This document shows, one piece after another, positions 45,173 through 55,687 of a stretch of DNA of 64,000 nucleotides. The stretch's first letter is position 1. Every line of letters begins with the position of its first letter. The position numbers and the translations under genes are program-made. The notes below the pieces were generated by a model. That model did no database searches. It saw only the letters and a program-made list of their open reading frames with translations, and was not told the origin of the DNA. The stretch comes from an uncultured Candidatus Saccharibacteria bacterium (GTDB taxonomy: Bacteria; Patescibacteriota; Doudnabacteria; UBA920), in assembly GCA_964597895.1 (NCBI GenBank), contig CAZQZS010000004.1, positions 10,955 to 74,954 on the forward strand, written 5' to 3'.

Positions 45173-46741
45173 ATGCAAGCTCTTATTAACTTCGTAAATA
45201 AGTATTGGATCTTACTGCTTATTCTACTCAGCGGAACTTTACTACGATTATTTAACCTCACTAAGATTTCGCTCTGGCACGATGAAGCTTTCTCTGCCCT
45301 GCTGATTAAATACTCTTGGGGCGAAATGTTCTACCGAATCGGATTGGATGTGCACCCACCGCTCTATTACATGGCGCTGCGGGTCTGGCATTACGCATTC
45401 GGCCATAGCCTCTTTAGCCTGCGAGCAATGTCGGTGCTGTTCGGAGTTGGTACCATCCTAGTTGGCTACCTATTTGTAAAAAGATTTTTTGGCGGAACCC
45501 GCGCTGCTTTGATTGCTGCGGCGCTAATCGCTGTAAACCAATTCCAAGTCCAGTACGTCACAGAAGCACGCATGTACACCATGGGTTCGTTTTTTGCTAT
45601 CCTTGGCGCTTACTTGTTAGGTATCGCACTTACTGCCACAAAAAATTACTACATTAGCGGCTCTGGCATGCGACCAAGCCGGTTCAAGCTATTCCTAGCT
45701 TATTTTGCTTTTACATTGACAGGTGCGGCTTTGCTGTACACCCACTATTATCTAATGTTTACTGTGGCCGCATTAGGTCTGTACGGAATCTTTTATCTTT
45801 GGACTGTGTTCCGCTGGCAAATTACCCGTTATATCTGGTTAGCCCTGTCTGGAGTAGGCATGCTGGCTCTGTTCTTACCTTGGCTGAATTGGTTTTTATA
45901 TCAATACCGCCAAGTCGGCGCCGGTTATTGGATTCCACCAATGAATCTTTGGAGCATTCCGGATACTCTTTACCGACTGCTGTTAAACATTGGCGCGCCT
46001 GGAAAAATTGTCATGGTGCTGTCCACAGTTTTTGTTCTTTGGGTAATTTGGAAGTTAATCAAACAGTATCAACAAACCGAAAAATGGCTTACTCTAGCAA
46101 TATTTTTAGCGCCATTTGGCGGAGCTATCTTGTTTGCAATTCTAGCCAAGCTCCAGGGCGGTGATTCTTCGGTCTACTTGGTACGATATTTCATTTTCGC
46201 AGTGCCTTTTCTCGCTATCATTGTGGCCCTTTGGCTCGCAAGGATTAAAATTGCCGGTATTAAAACTCTACTGATCGTTTTAGTAATCAGCGCCAATCTC
46301 TTTAGCATTTGGTATTACTGGAACGAGATAAAGGTTTCAGAAAAAGGCGGGATGGCCGAATTATCAACTTTGCTAAATGCAAATGTGGAGCCGAATCATA
46401 AATTGTTTGTGGCTAGCAGTTTTGAATTCTTCAACCTTAAGTATTACCACACATTCCTAAATCAGCACCAAGTTAGACCACTGCTTTACACTAATAACAA
46501 CTTAACTAAAGATTTACCTCATTATGCCGGCACTGCCATCCTTACAGACGATGACCTGGTCCTTAACTTCGGCGAAAGCGCCGCGGCAGGAGATATTGTC
46601 TGGGTGGTTTGGACAAACGGCTTTGGCGGCAGCAAGCCAATTGTCCCAACCAATTGGGAGCAAATTGATGAATTCGGCTTTGCAGAAGTGCGGCCCTACG
46701 TTGGAACGTGGGTTGTGGTGACTCAATATCGTGTTCAATAA
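45173..46741 (+). CDS. PMT/ArnT-family (GT39/GT83) membrane glycosyltransferase, second tandem copy
   Basis: WHDEAFSALL motif after TM1. Start taken at the ATG 2 nt after the upstream stop, not at the table's 45044. Confidence 0.7.
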   Translation: MQALINFVNKYWILLLILLSGTLLRLFNLTKISLWHDEAFSALLIKYSWGEMFYRIGLDVHPPLYYMALRVWHYAFGHSLFSLRAMSVLFGVGTILVGYLFVKRFFGGTRAALIAAALIAVNQFQVQYVTEARMYTMGSFFAILGAYLLGIALTATKNYYISGSGMRPSRFKLFLAYFAFTLTGAALLYTHYYLMFTVAALGLYGIFYLWTVFRWQITRYIWLALSGVGMLALFLPWLNWFLYQYRQVGAGYWIPPMNLWSIPDTLYRLLLNIGAPGKIVMVLSTVFVLWVIWKLIKQYQQTEKWLTLAIFLAPFGGAILFAILAKLQGGDSSVYLVRYFIFAVPFLAIIVALWLARIKIAGIKTLLIVLVISANLFSIWYYWNEIKVSEKGGMAELSTLLNANVEPNHKLFVASSFEFFNLKYYHTFLNQHQVRPLLYTNNNLTKDLPHYAGTAILTDDDLVLNFGESAAAGDIVWVVWTNGFGGSKPIVPTNWEQIDEFGFAEVRPYVGTWVVVTQYRVQ

Positions 46742-46743
46742 AA

Positions 46744-46764
46744 AACCTCGGTTAGGCCGAGGTT
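46744..46764. terminator. bidirectional terminator
   Basis: AACCTCGG-ttag-CCGAGGTT flanked by A5 and T5 runs, between convergent genes. Confidence 0.7.
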
Positions 46765-46765
46765 T

Positions 46766-47884
46766 TTAATTTGCGCAGGGTGCAGATTCTAAACACAGAT
46801 AAGCTTTGTCCGGAATCCTTAAGTCAATGTAATAAAGTTGGTTATACCTATCAGCTGGTGTTTGTGATAACAGCAGCTCCAATTCTGTTAAGTCCTGAGC
46901 AGCATCACCAGTGGCGTCAAAAATGACGCGATAAGTTCTGCGCAAGTCATTGTTTTTATAAAATACTGCGTGGACCTCACTAGCATCAAATGGTAATTGG
47001 ATTTCAGGAATTTCCGGTTCAGCTGGCGGTAAAGGCTCCACGACTGGCTCCGGCTCGGCGACTATTTCTGGCAATTCACCAGGGTTTTCTTCTGAGGACG
47101 GCACCTCGGTCACAACCGACTCTGTGGCTTTCGCTGGCTCTTTAAATGTTAAATGAGCAAGCTGCTGACCTTCTAGGGCAGAAAGCGCTACTAAAAAGCT
47201 ATTCAGGTAAGCTAAAAGCTGTGGTGCAAACAGAGACTGGTATTGGCTGTAGCCAAACTTCTGGTGCATAAGCACCTTAACCATATTAGAATTAAGCAGT
47301 GCTGGCCAATCAGACAAACTTACGTTTGCCGGACCTTTGATAGATCCGTCATTATAAACATCCAAAACAGCTTCTGGTCCAGCCACTAAAAAACGTTCGT
47401 ACTTGCTGGCTGCTTCAATATAAACGATTTGGTCTTTAAAATCCTTTTTGACTGAGGCGATATAATCAACTGTCGGTACCTTAGCTGCTGCTTGATTTAC
47501 CAATTCAGCATCAAAAAAAACTAAATTATACTGAGGATTGAATACTGAAACTTCGTCCATAGCTTTCCGAATCTCTGCCTCTAGCTGCTCGGCTTGGTTT
47601 TCGGAAATCCCGGTGAACTCAAATTGCTTCACCGAAAGCAAATTAGGGATATAGATCAGATAAAGCAGACCAAGCAATAAAAGCCCAGCGGCGATTTGAG
47701 ACCACAACCCAGACAGGCCAAGTTTCTGCAATAATTTTTGCCACCCTGATTCGGGCACAGCTCGATTAGCGCGTTTAAAATTTCTCGCGCTATCCAGCTT
47801 GCTCATAAACTGCTTGTGCTGAAAGCGGACCTTAGAATCTAATTTTGGTTTTTTCTTTTTAAAAAACATTAAGAAGCAATCCAT
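46766..47884 (-). CDS. cell division protein FtsQ/DivIB-like (POTRA domain)
   Basis: Basic N-terminus, one TM (IAAGLLLLGLLYLIYI), POTRA-like VKQFEFTGISENQ. Overlaps the murF 3' end. Confidence 0.5.
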   Translation of the reverse strand: MDCFLMFFKKKKPKLDSKVRFQHKQFMSKLDSARNFKRANRAVPESGWQKLLQKLGLSGLWSQIAAGLLLLGLLYLIYIPNLLSVKQFEFTGISENQAEQLEAEIRKAMDEVSVFNPQYNLVFFDAELVNQAAAKVPTVDYIASVKKDFKDQIVYIEAASKYERFLVAGPEAVLDVYNDGSIKGPANVSLSDWPALLNSNMVKVLMHQKFGYSQYQSLFAPQLLAYLNSFLVALSALEGQQLAHLTFKEPAKATESVVTEVPSSEENPGELPEIVAEPEPVVEPLPPAEPEIPEIQLPFDASEVHAVFYKNNDLRRTYRVIFDATGDAAQDLTELELLLSQTPADRYNQLYYIDLRIPDKAYLCLESAPCAN

Positions 47885-49128
47885 TTTCCGTATTGGCGCG
47901 GCAACACATTAGACGCGCTCATTGGATCGGCTAATAACTCTTTAGAAATTCTTTCCATGCGAGCACCTTGAGAACCCTTCACGAGCACGGCGCTTTCCGG
48001 GACTAACTGCTCGCGAATGTGTTCTGCGGCTTCGCTGCTGTTAGCAAATTGGACTATAGTCTCCGCAGGCATCCCAGCAGCGAGAGCTGCTTCTGCAATA
48101 ATCCTGCCTTTCTCACCTACGACGATTAGCTGATTAAGCTGCAAACTTGCTGCCAGCCGGCCGATCTCTTCATGTCCTTGCTGAGTCAGCTCACCTAGCT
48201 CTAACATATCACCCAGCACCGCAGTTTTATGCTGCTGAGGCATGCGTCTCAGAATCTGTAGTGCTTCCGTTACAGAATCAGGGGAAGCATTATAGCTGTC
48301 ATCAATGATGGTAGTCTTTTTAATGCCTTTTAACACGCTCAAACGGCCGGGAACTGGCCTGTAATTCTGCAAACCTTTCTGAATTTTTTCTAGACTAATG
48401 CCTAAATACAGACCGACAGCGATCGCAGCTCCACAGCTTGCAAGGTGAGGAACTCCCACAGCCGGCACTGTAACAGATAAATCCTGAGTTGAAGTATGGA
48501 CCCTAAGTTCTGATTCCCCTGGCGGGACAAAATCTTCGGAAATAATCTGAAGCCTTACATCGACTGTATCAGAAAATCCGTAGTTAATGACCTTGGCATC
48601 GGTCCAATCCTTAAGCGATGCCGACCCGCTATTATCCCCATTCAAGACAACAGCACCATTACTTGCCACGGCTTTAACGATCTTGCCCTTTTCTTGCAAA
48701 ACCGCATCTTCGCTTTTAAAAAATTCATAATGAGCGATGCCAATGCTTGTGACCACAGAGATGTCTGGTCTGGCAATGGATAATAAGTAATCCATATCAC
48801 CAGGCCTGTCCACGCCCATTTCCAAAACTAAAATTTGCGGGAAGCGTCCGAACCAAAGCTGCCAGTAACCCTTCAGAGCAACTTTTAGCCAGCCAAGCGG
48901 ACTCCGGCCTGGTGAATCAACGCCAATCACCGAGAGAGGCAAGCCGAGCTCATTGTTGAGGTTGCGAGATGGCTTTCTAGCCCAAAACGCGGTAGAAACT
49001 ACCGCGTAGATGGCATCGCGCGTGGAGGTTTTCCCAACACTGCCCGTGATGCCGATTATCTTAGGTTGATGTTTTGCGATCAGACTTCGCGCCAATCTGG
49101 CGAGCCAATTCGCTATGAACTTCTTCAT
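47869..49128 (-). CDS. murF: UDP-N-acetylmuramoyl-tripeptide--D-alanyl-D-alanine ligase
   Basis: Mur ligase P-loop GITGSVGKTSTRD, then the Mur ligase middle and C-terminal domains. Confidence 0.75.
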   Translation of the reverse strand: MKKFIANWLARLARSLIAKHQPKIIGITGSVGKTSTRDAIYAVVSTAFWARKPSRNLNNELGLPLSVIGVDSPGRSPLGWLKVALKGYWQLWFGRFPQILVLEMGVDRPGDMDYLLSIARPDISVVTSIGIAHYEFFKSEDAVLQEKGKIVKAVASNGAVVLNGDNSGSASLKDWTDAKVINYGFSDTVDVRLQIISEDFVPPGESELRVHTSTQDLSVTVPAVGVPHLASCGAAIAVGLYLGISLEKIQKGLQNYRPVPGRLSVLKGIKKTTIIDDSYNASPDSVTEALQILRRMPQQHKTAVLGDMLELGELTQQGHEEIGRLAASLQLNQLIVVGEKGRIIAEAALAAGMPAETIVQFANSSEAAEHIREQLVPESAVLVKGSQGARMERISKELLADPMSASNVLPRQYGKWIAS

Positions 49129-49132
49129 AATA

Positions 49133-50575
49133 TTATTTAACTGGTTCTGGCTTGGCTTCCCCTACTTCACCGGCAGACGCTGCGGATGATTCTTCCGGAG
49201 CAATCCTCTGCTCTACCGCTGGCGCATGACTCTTCTTCGGAGTAAGCACTTTAACTCCCACTGCATCTTGCAAAATCTCTGGGACTGCGACGCTACCATC
49301 GGCCTGCTGATAATTTTCCAAGATGGCAATCAAGATACGGGGACTGGCGAATGCAGTGTTGTTCAAAGTATACGCGAACTTGATTTGGCCATCAGCGCTG
49401 CGATAGCGAATGTTGAGCCGCCGCGCTTGCCAGTCTGTAAGATTAGAATCGCTATGAGTTTCGCCGTAATTATTACGGCCCGGCATCCAAGTTTCTACAT
49501 CATACATTTTATATTTTCCCGGACCCATATCGCCGGTACAAATATTCAGAACCCGGTATGGCAACTTAAGATCTTGCAGTAATTCCTCTGATACTTCGCG
49601 CAAAGCTTCTAACCACTTTTCACTTTCGTAAATGTCGGCCTTGCAAATTATAACCTGCTCAACTTTTTGGAATTCATGGACGCGGTACAAACCTTTAGCA
49701 TCTTTACCATAACTACCGACTTCACTGCGATAGCATGGCGAGATACCGACCAGCTTAATCGGTAGCTGTGATTCATCAAGAATCTGATTCGCGTAGTAGG
49801 CAATCAAAGATGGTTCCGATGTGCCGGCCAAAAAAGTCTGCTCTTTGGTTTCATCCTCTAACTTGGCTGCATTGCCAACCTGATAGACTTCTGCCTTGCC
49901 AGCAGGAAAATGTCCACTGCCGATAAGCGCGAACTCGCGTATCAAAGTTGGGGTTTGCATTAAGGTAAAACCTTTTTCGCGCAATTTTTTAATCGCATGC
50001 ATAAACAAAGCGTTCTGCATGAGTACAGCTTCATTTTTTAAATAGTAACCACGGAACCCAGAAACTTCCACGCCGCGGTCAAAGTCAACCAAATCAAGGC
50101 TAGTACCCAAGGCAACATGGTCCTTTGGTTCAAACTCAAATTTCTTAGGGACTTGAGCCACTTTTTCGGCATCTTTCGGGTCAACCTTGCCAGTGCCTTC
50201 TGACCAGTAGCTCCAAGGCACATTCTCTGTATCATCTTTACCGACCGGCGACTCTGGTGAAGGGATATTCGGTACATACAGCATTAACTGATTTAGTTCG
50301 GCCTCAACTGCGCGCAGCTGCTCCTTTAGACCAGTCTGGCGGCTATCCAATTCTTGCATTTCTAAAATCTTGGCCTTTTTATCGTCTTCGGATAGCGTCG
50401 GCAATTCTTTGCTAAAAGCATTCTTGGTGGATTGCAAATTTTCTACCTCCGCCAAAACTGTGCGACGCTGCGCATCCAAATCAAGCAAGCGGTCTAAATC
50501 CAAATCTACTCGCTTGTCTGCGATTGCTTGCTTAACTTTATCTGCATTGTCACGGATGAATTTGATGTCTAACAT
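49133..50575 (-). CDS. serS: seryl-tRNA synthetase
   Basis: N-terminal coiled-coil arm plus class II motifs 2 and 3 (YRSEVGSYGKDAKGLYRVHEF). Confidence 0.9.
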   Translation of the reverse strand: MLDIKFIRDNADKVKQAIADKRVDLDLDRLLDLDAQRRTVLAEVENLQSTKNAFSKELPTLSEDDKKAKILEMQELDSRQTGLKEQLRAVEAELNQLMLYVPNIPSPESPVGKDDTENVPWSYWSEGTGKVDPKDAEKVAQVPKKFEFEPKDHVALGTSLDLVDFDRGVEVSGFRGYYLKNEAVLMQNALFMHAIKKLREKGFTLMQTPTLIREFALIGSGHFPAGKAEVYQVGNAAKLEDETKEQTFLAGTSEPSLIAYYANQILDESQLPIKLVGISPCYRSEVGSYGKDAKGLYRVHEFQKVEQVIICKADIYESEKWLEALREVSEELLQDLKLPYRVLNICTGDMGPGKYKMYDVETWMPGRNNYGETHSDSNLTDWQARRLNIRYRSADGQIKFAYTLNNTAFASPRILIAILENYQQADGSVAVPEILQDAVGVKVLTPKKSHAPAVEQRIAPEESSAASAGEVGEAKPEPVK

Positions 50576-50579
50576 ATTA

Positions 50580-52091
50580 TTATTCTATCTTAGTTGCTTC
50601 GTCGGCTTTGACTGAATCTTTAACGGAAATTTTCAGAGCATCTTTCATAGGCGGGAAAATCACAGTTTCCCGAATGCTGCGATCGGCCAGAACCGCAAAT
50701 AATCTTTCCGAGAGTCCAAACCCAGCTGCAGGCGGCATTCCATATTCCATAGCCTCCAAATAATCTTCGTCTAACATCTGCGCTTCGCTATCGCCTGCAT
50801 CGCGCAATTTCATCTGATCTTCAAAGCGCGAGCGTTGATCCAGCGGATCATTCAATTCGCCAAAGCCCTTCCCTAACTCGGTTCCGTAAGCAACTATCTG
50901 CAGCCTCTGGACTACCTTAGGGTTGCTCGGGTCGCGTTTCGCCAAAGGCTCCAATTCAATTGGCTGGTTTATAAGAAATACCGGGCGATCGCCTTTGATG
51001 TTAGTACGGACTTTCTTAAAGATAACATCAATCAAGCGGCCGCGCTGCGCAAAATCTTCAAATTTGATTTTCTGCTCTGTCGCGTAATTTTTTAAATCAT
51101 CATCACTGCAACTTTCTAAATCAAGTCCAGTATGTTCTTTGAATAAAGCAATATAATCTACTTTTTCCCAGTCACCACTCCAATCGCAAGTTACGCCGCC
51201 GGAAGTAATCTGCAAAGTGCCGAAAGTTTCCTGAAGCACAAATTGATACATATCCTGAAGCAACTGCTGAAGTTTTTCGAAGTCCCCGTATGCCCAGTAA
51301 AACTCCATCTGCGTGTAATCCTGTAAGTGAGTAGTTGAAATCCCTTCGTTCCTAAAGATGCGGCCAATCTCAAAAACTTTTTCATAACCGGCCACCAGCA
51401 TTTTCTTGAGCGGCAGTTCCAACGAAATGCGCAAAAAGAAATCACGGTCTAAAGCATTGTGGTGAGTGACGAACGGTTCAGCTTCGGCGCCGCCTGGCGT
51501 GCTTTCCAAAATGGGCATGTCCATTTCTAGAAAACCTCGTTCGCTCAAAAACGATCGGATGCTTTGCCAAAATTTATTCTTCTTAACAAACAAGTCTCTG
51601 GTTTCGCTGTCGAGCAGAATATCCAAGTAGCGCTTGCGCAGCTTGAGTTCGGTATCTTCAATGCCGAAGTGCTCAGAAGGAATCGGGCGCAAACCTTTTG
51701 CAAGCATTTTATACCCAGAAGCCTGCAAAGTCTTTTCTCCAGTTTTTGTGATAAACAGATTACCCGTCGCTTCCATGAAATCGCCGAGATCAAAATTATC
51801 TACGAAGAAAGCAAATGGCTTATCGCCGATTTCATCACTTTTAAGCAAGACCTGAATGCGGCCGGTACCATCGTCAATATGCAAAAACAGCAGCTTGCCC
51901 ATGCCGCGCATGCTGCGGATCCGGCCAGCTAAGGTTACGGTTTGATTTTGCAAGGAATCGAACTGTTCAATAGCTTCAAGGTTAGAGTGGGTGCGCGCTG
52001 TGGAGGAAGGATAGCCTTCTTGGCCTGCGGCTTTTAAATTCTCCAGTTTGGCTTTTCGGTGATTGATAATGTCTTCTAAACGCTCATTCAT
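50580..52091 (-). CDS. lysS: lysyl-tRNA synthetase (class II)
   Basis: OB-fold N-domain and class II motifs (FLEMDMPILESTPGGAEAEPF; FEIGRIFRNEG). Confidence 0.9.
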   Translation of the reverse strand: MNERLEDIINHRKAKLENLKAAGQEGYPSSTARTHSNLEAIEQFDSLQNQTVTLAGRIRSMRGMGKLLFLHIDDGTGRIQVLLKSDEIGDKPFAFFVDNFDLGDFMEATGNLFITKTGEKTLQASGYKMLAKGLRPIPSEHFGIEDTELKLRKRYLDILLDSETRDLFVKKNKFWQSIRSFLSERGFLEMDMPILESTPGGAEAEPFVTHHNALDRDFFLRISLELPLKKMLVAGYEKVFEIGRIFRNEGISTTHLQDYTQMEFYWAYGDFEKLQQLLQDMYQFVLQETFGTLQITSGGVTCDWSGDWEKVDYIALFKEHTGLDLESCSDDDLKNYATEQKIKFEDFAQRGRLIDVIFKKVRTNIKGDRPVFLINQPIELEPLAKRDPSNPKVVQRLQIVAYGTELGKGFGELNDPLDQRSRFEDQMKLRDAGDSEAQMLDEDYLEAMEYGMPPAAGFGLSERLFAVLADRSIRETVIFPPMKDALKISVKDSVKADEATKIE

Positions 52092-52134
52092 AAATAAAAA
52101 TTGGTTTCCGGTTTTAGAAATAGTGCCTAAATTA

Positions 52135-52166
52135 TAACAAAAAACCGCCTTTCTACAAAGCGGTTT
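52135..52166 (-). terminator. rho-independent terminator after greA
   Basis: ACCGCTTTG-tag-AAAGGCGGT followed by TTTTTTG on the minus strand. Confidence 0.6.
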
Positions 52167-52173
52167 TTAGGTT

Positions 52174-52635
52174 CTAATTAATCGCGGTAATTTCGTATTG
52201 TTTGTCCCCAGCCGGGGTCGTGACAGTAACCTTATCGCCAATCTTTTTGCCGAGCAGGGCCTTGCCCACTGTGGATTCATTGGAGATTTTACCGGCGCCA
52301 GGATTGGCTTCATTTGAGCCAACAATAGAATACTCTTTATCTTCGCCGTTTACCTTGACTGTGATTGTTGAGCCAATGGTAACGGTATTGTGATTGGTTG
52401 AATGAGTTATGATCTCGGCGTTCTTGATCATATCCTCAATTTCTTGAATACGGCCTTCAATAAAGCTTTGCTCTTCCCGGGCCTGTGCATAATCAGCATT
52501 CTCGGATAAATCACCGTGGGCCGCTGCTTCGCGAATGCGCTCAATCACCCCAGGTCGCTTATCAGTAACTAGTGCTTTAAGCTCATCATTCAATTTCATC
52601 AGACCTTCTTGGGTCAGTAAGTACTTTTTAGACAT
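52174..52635 (-). CDS. greA: transcription elongation factor GreA
   Basis: LTQEGLMKLNDEL...GDLSENADYAQAREEQSFIEGRIQEIE. Start taken at MSKKYLLTQEG. Confidence 0.85.
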   Translation of the reverse strand: MSKKYLLTQEGLMKLNDELKALVTDKRPGVIERIREAAAHGDLSENADYAQAREEQSFIEGRIQEIEDMIKNAEIITHSTNHNTVTIGSTITVKVNGEDKEYSIVGSNEANPGAGKISNESTVGKALLGKKIGDKVTVTTPAGDKQYEITAIN

Positions 52636-52732
52636 GGTTTTAAAAACTTTCCCGCGCCGCAAACGGACGAGAAAGCTTGATAAATTAAGGTTAATTAGAC
52701 TGGGCTTATTTTATAATTTTCGCTAACTTATG

Positions 52733-53560
52733 TCAATCTCTGGACTCAGCCACAGCAACTACATTTTCCAGCAGCTTAGCCACCGTGAGCGGACCAACGC
52801 CGCCAGGAACTGGAGTTAAATACTTGGTCTTAGGTTCAACAGAAGACGTGTGAACATCTCCAGTTATTGAGCCGTTAGCTTCACTAGTTCCCGCATCAAT
52901 CACAATCGCATCTTGCTGGATATCTTGACCTTGAATCAAATCAGGCTTACCCGCCCCAGAGATAACACAATCTGCTTGCTGTAGTAAGCCACTTAAATCT
53001 TCAGTTGAGCGGTCAGCAGTTTTAACCCTCAAGCCGCGTTCCTGTAACAAATAAGCAATTGGCTTTCCAACCAAGTCACCCCGCCCTACTACTAAAAACT
53101 TTTTTGACTGCCAATCTTCGGATAATGAATCCAAAATATGCAGTATTGCCCCGGCAGTTGGCGGCACCAAAGTATTCTCACCCGAGTAAAACTTTTTATT
53201 AGATTCAGAATTCAGTACATCAACGTCAATCTGATTAGGCACGGCGTCCAGCACAGCACGCGTATCAATATGGCCGGGCAATGGGAGTTGAATGATCAAA
53301 CCGCACAACCGAGCGCGTTGCGCTAACTTGGCGATCAGCTCAATCACTTCTGCTGTGGTTGAATTTTCTGGTAACTGATGTAATTCAAAAGCTAGGCCAA
53401 CTTCCAGAGCTTTCTTTTCTTTGATTTTCACATACGACAAAGATGCTGGGTCACTCCCAACGACAATATCTACCAGCAATGGCTGGAACTTTAGATTCTC
53501 TACGCGCTGCTTAGTGCGAATATTCAATTCTTGCGCCAAAGCGCGTCCATCAATAAGCAT
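52733..53560 (-). CDS. folD: bifunctional methylenetetrahydrofolate dehydrogenase/cyclohydrolase
   Basis: IQLPLP, GRGDLVGKP, TPVPGGVGPLTVAKLL motifs. Confidence 0.9.
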   Translation of the reverse strand: MLIDGRALAQELNIRTKQRVENLKFQPLLVDIVVGSDPASLSYVKIKEKKALEVGLAFELHQLPENSTTAEVIELIAKLAQRARLCGLIIQLPLPGHIDTRAVLDAVPNQIDVDVLNSESNKKFYSGENTLVPPTAGAILHILDSLSEDWQSKKFLVVGRGDLVGKPIAYLLQERGLRVKTADRSTEDLSGLLQQADCVISGAGKPDLIQGQDIQQDAIVIDAGTSEANGSITGDVHTSSVEPKTKYLTPVPGGVGPLTVAKLLENVVAVAESRD

Positions 53561-53573
53561 TTAATATTTATAC

Positions 53574-53670
53574 CGCCACCCACTTGAGAGGGGGTAAGCT
53601 AGCGCCAGCGGCCCAGTCAAATCTATGCGGATTTGACTGGAAACAGCCGCGAGAGCGCCCCCGAAAAAGT
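53574..53670 (-). repeat. E-family long-hairpin element copy E1 (inverted relative to E2/E3)
   Basis: Reverse complement reads TTAGCCACCCACTT...AAGTGGGTGGCGG. Interior nearly identical to E3. Confidence 0.8.
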
Positions 53671-53683
53671 GGGTGGCTAAAAT

Positions 53684-55654
53684 TTATTTATTCATTCTAT
53701 TTTCGGCCCACCATTGTAGCGCATTTTTGACAATTGGCACAGCAGCGGCATGGCCTTCACCACCAGCCTCTACCAAAACCGTAATTGCAATTTCCGGATC
53801 TTCATAAGGAGCATACGCTGTATACCAAGCGTGGGTACGCTTTGGATCTGAGCCATCAAACTGCGAAGTGCCGGTTTTTCCAGCCGAGGTAATCGGCAGG
53901 CTCTGCAGCTGCCTACCACTACCCTTCTCGTGAGTGACATTGTCGCGCATGCCAGCTTGTACTGTTTTGAGGTGCTGTATATCTATGCCGGCATCAATCA
54001 ATTTCTCGGCAACGGGAGTGTAAATTGTTTCGCGGTGCTGATTAAGCACTCGGCGCAGCAGCATCGGCTTATTAAGCACACCATTGTTGGCAATTGCCGC
54101 AGTCCAAACGGTCACCTGAAGTGGCGTGGCCAGCATATCGCCCTGGCCGATAGCAATATGGTAAGTGTCGCCAAGATACCACTTAGCCATAATCGCATCC
54201 TCTTTCCAATACTCCGCTTTCCAAGTTGGATCTGCCACTCGGGCGGCCTTTTCGCCGCTAATATCAATGCCTGTTAATTTCCCCATACCAAATCGGCGAT
54301 AGTATTCCGCCAACTTCTCTGCACCAATCCCCTCAATGTTGGTAGAAGGATGGCCGCCGGAAACCACGTAGTAATAGATATCACTGCTTTGTGCGATCGC
54401 GCTGCGCACATCCATTGGACCCAAACCATCACGCTTCCAACCAACGAAATTGTAAAAAATAGCGGGATTATACTGATTTGGAATCACCAGCACGCCGCGG
54501 TCGTTAATTATCGTATCTGCGTCAACAATGCCTTCTTGTAAAACCGCAGCGGCACCCACAGGCTTAATTACTGACCCGGGCGGATAGGCACCTGCAATAG
54601 CACGATTAAACAAAGGCAAATTTTTATCATTTAATAATGCCTGATACTGTTCGGTTTTTATGCCCGGAGCGAACAAATTATTGTTGAACCCTGGCACGGA
54701 GACCAAAGCTAAAATTTCACCGGTCTTTGGATTGATGGCTACTGCTGCGCCCTTATTCCCAACCGGACTCTTTGTAAAATCTTCGTAAATTTGTCGCTGT
54801 AGTCCTGCATCAATATTAAGTTCAACAATATTGCCTGGCTCTGGATCCACCGTACCCAATTCTTTAATCGGATTACCACTACTGTCTACCTCCACCTGCT
54901 TATTGCCATTTATACCACGCAGATATTGTTCGTAAGACTGCTCTATACCGCTCTTGCCGATATAGTCATTTAAGCCATAGCCTGCTTCGGCCAGCGCGGC
55001 ATACTCCTCATCCGAAACAATTCCGGTGTAGCCCAATGCGTGAGAAAACACTTCTGGTGTTTGGTAGTCCCGCACAGGAATGCTTACCAAAGAAAATCCT
55101 GGATACTGCTCAGCATTCACTTCAAACGCAATGCTTTCCTCTTGAGTAATATTGCGTTTAACAATGATGGGCTCTAATAAACTGCCGCTATGTTTGCTAT
55201 AGGCTGCTGCGATGTCTTCTATAGGAATATTGAACTGCCTAGACACCTGGTCAAAAATTTCTGCTTGGTTTTGGTCTGGCAAATCAACTGGGGTCAAAGC
55301 CAAATTGAAGCTAGCTGAATTTTTGGCCAAAATCTCGCCGTTGCGGTCTTGGATGAATCCGCGCGGGGCTAAAATCGTCTGCAAACGCAATCGGTTACCC
55401 TCGGCCAGCTCACGCATCTTTTGCCCTTGAACGACTTGCAGGTTAATCAGCTGGACTCCGAGTAAAATCCCAACAGCAAGTACGCCTAATTTCAGCCAGC
55501 GGAAATTGCGCGGTGAGCGTTCTATTCCCTCATCAAAACCTTCAACGCCGGCTTGGTCTGTTTGTAAACCCTCTTCCCATTCCAAACCACCGCTCCCAGC
55601 AACAGGGGCGTTTCGTGATTCAGTATAAAATGGGTCAGTCTTAATTGATTTCAT
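53684..55654 (-). CDS. mrdA: penicillin-binding protein 2 (elongasome transpeptidase)
   Basis: N-terminal TM, PBP dimerisation domain, transpeptidase SxxK (GSVIK) and KTGT motifs. Position after mreBCD. Confidence 0.85.
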   Translation of the reverse strand: MKSIKTDPFYTESRNAPVAGSGGLEWEEGLQTDQAGVEGFDEGIERSPRNFRWLKLGVLAVGILLGVQLINLQVVQGQKMRELAEGNRLRLQTILAPRGFIQDRNGEILAKNSASFNLALTPVDLPDQNQAEIFDQVSRQFNIPIEDIAAAYSKHSGSLLEPIIVKRNITQEESIAFEVNAEQYPGFSLVSIPVRDYQTPEVFSHALGYTGIVSDEEYAALAEAGYGLNDYIGKSGIEQSYEQYLRGINGNKQVEVDSSGNPIKELGTVDPEPGNIVELNIDAGLQRQIYEDFTKSPVGNKGAAVAINPKTGEILALVSVPGFNNNLFAPGIKTEQYQALLNDKNLPLFNRAIAGAYPPGSVIKPVGAAAVLQEGIVDADTIINDRGVLVIPNQYNPAIFYNFVGWKRDGLGPMDVRSAIAQSSDIYYYVVSGGHPSTNIEGIGAEKLAEYYRRFGMGKLTGIDISGEKAARVADPTWKAEYWKEDAIMAKWYLGDTYHIAIGQGDMLATPLQVTVWTAAIANNGVLNKPMLLRRVLNQHRETIYTPVAEKLIDAGIDIQHLKTVQAGMRDNVTHEKGSGRQLQSLPITSAGKTGTSQFDGSDPKRTHAWYTAYAPYEDPEIAITVLVEAGGEGHAAAVPIVKNALQWWAENRMNK

Positions 55655-55687
55655 TGAGCTGCTAGTAAAATTATGATGCCATCACAC

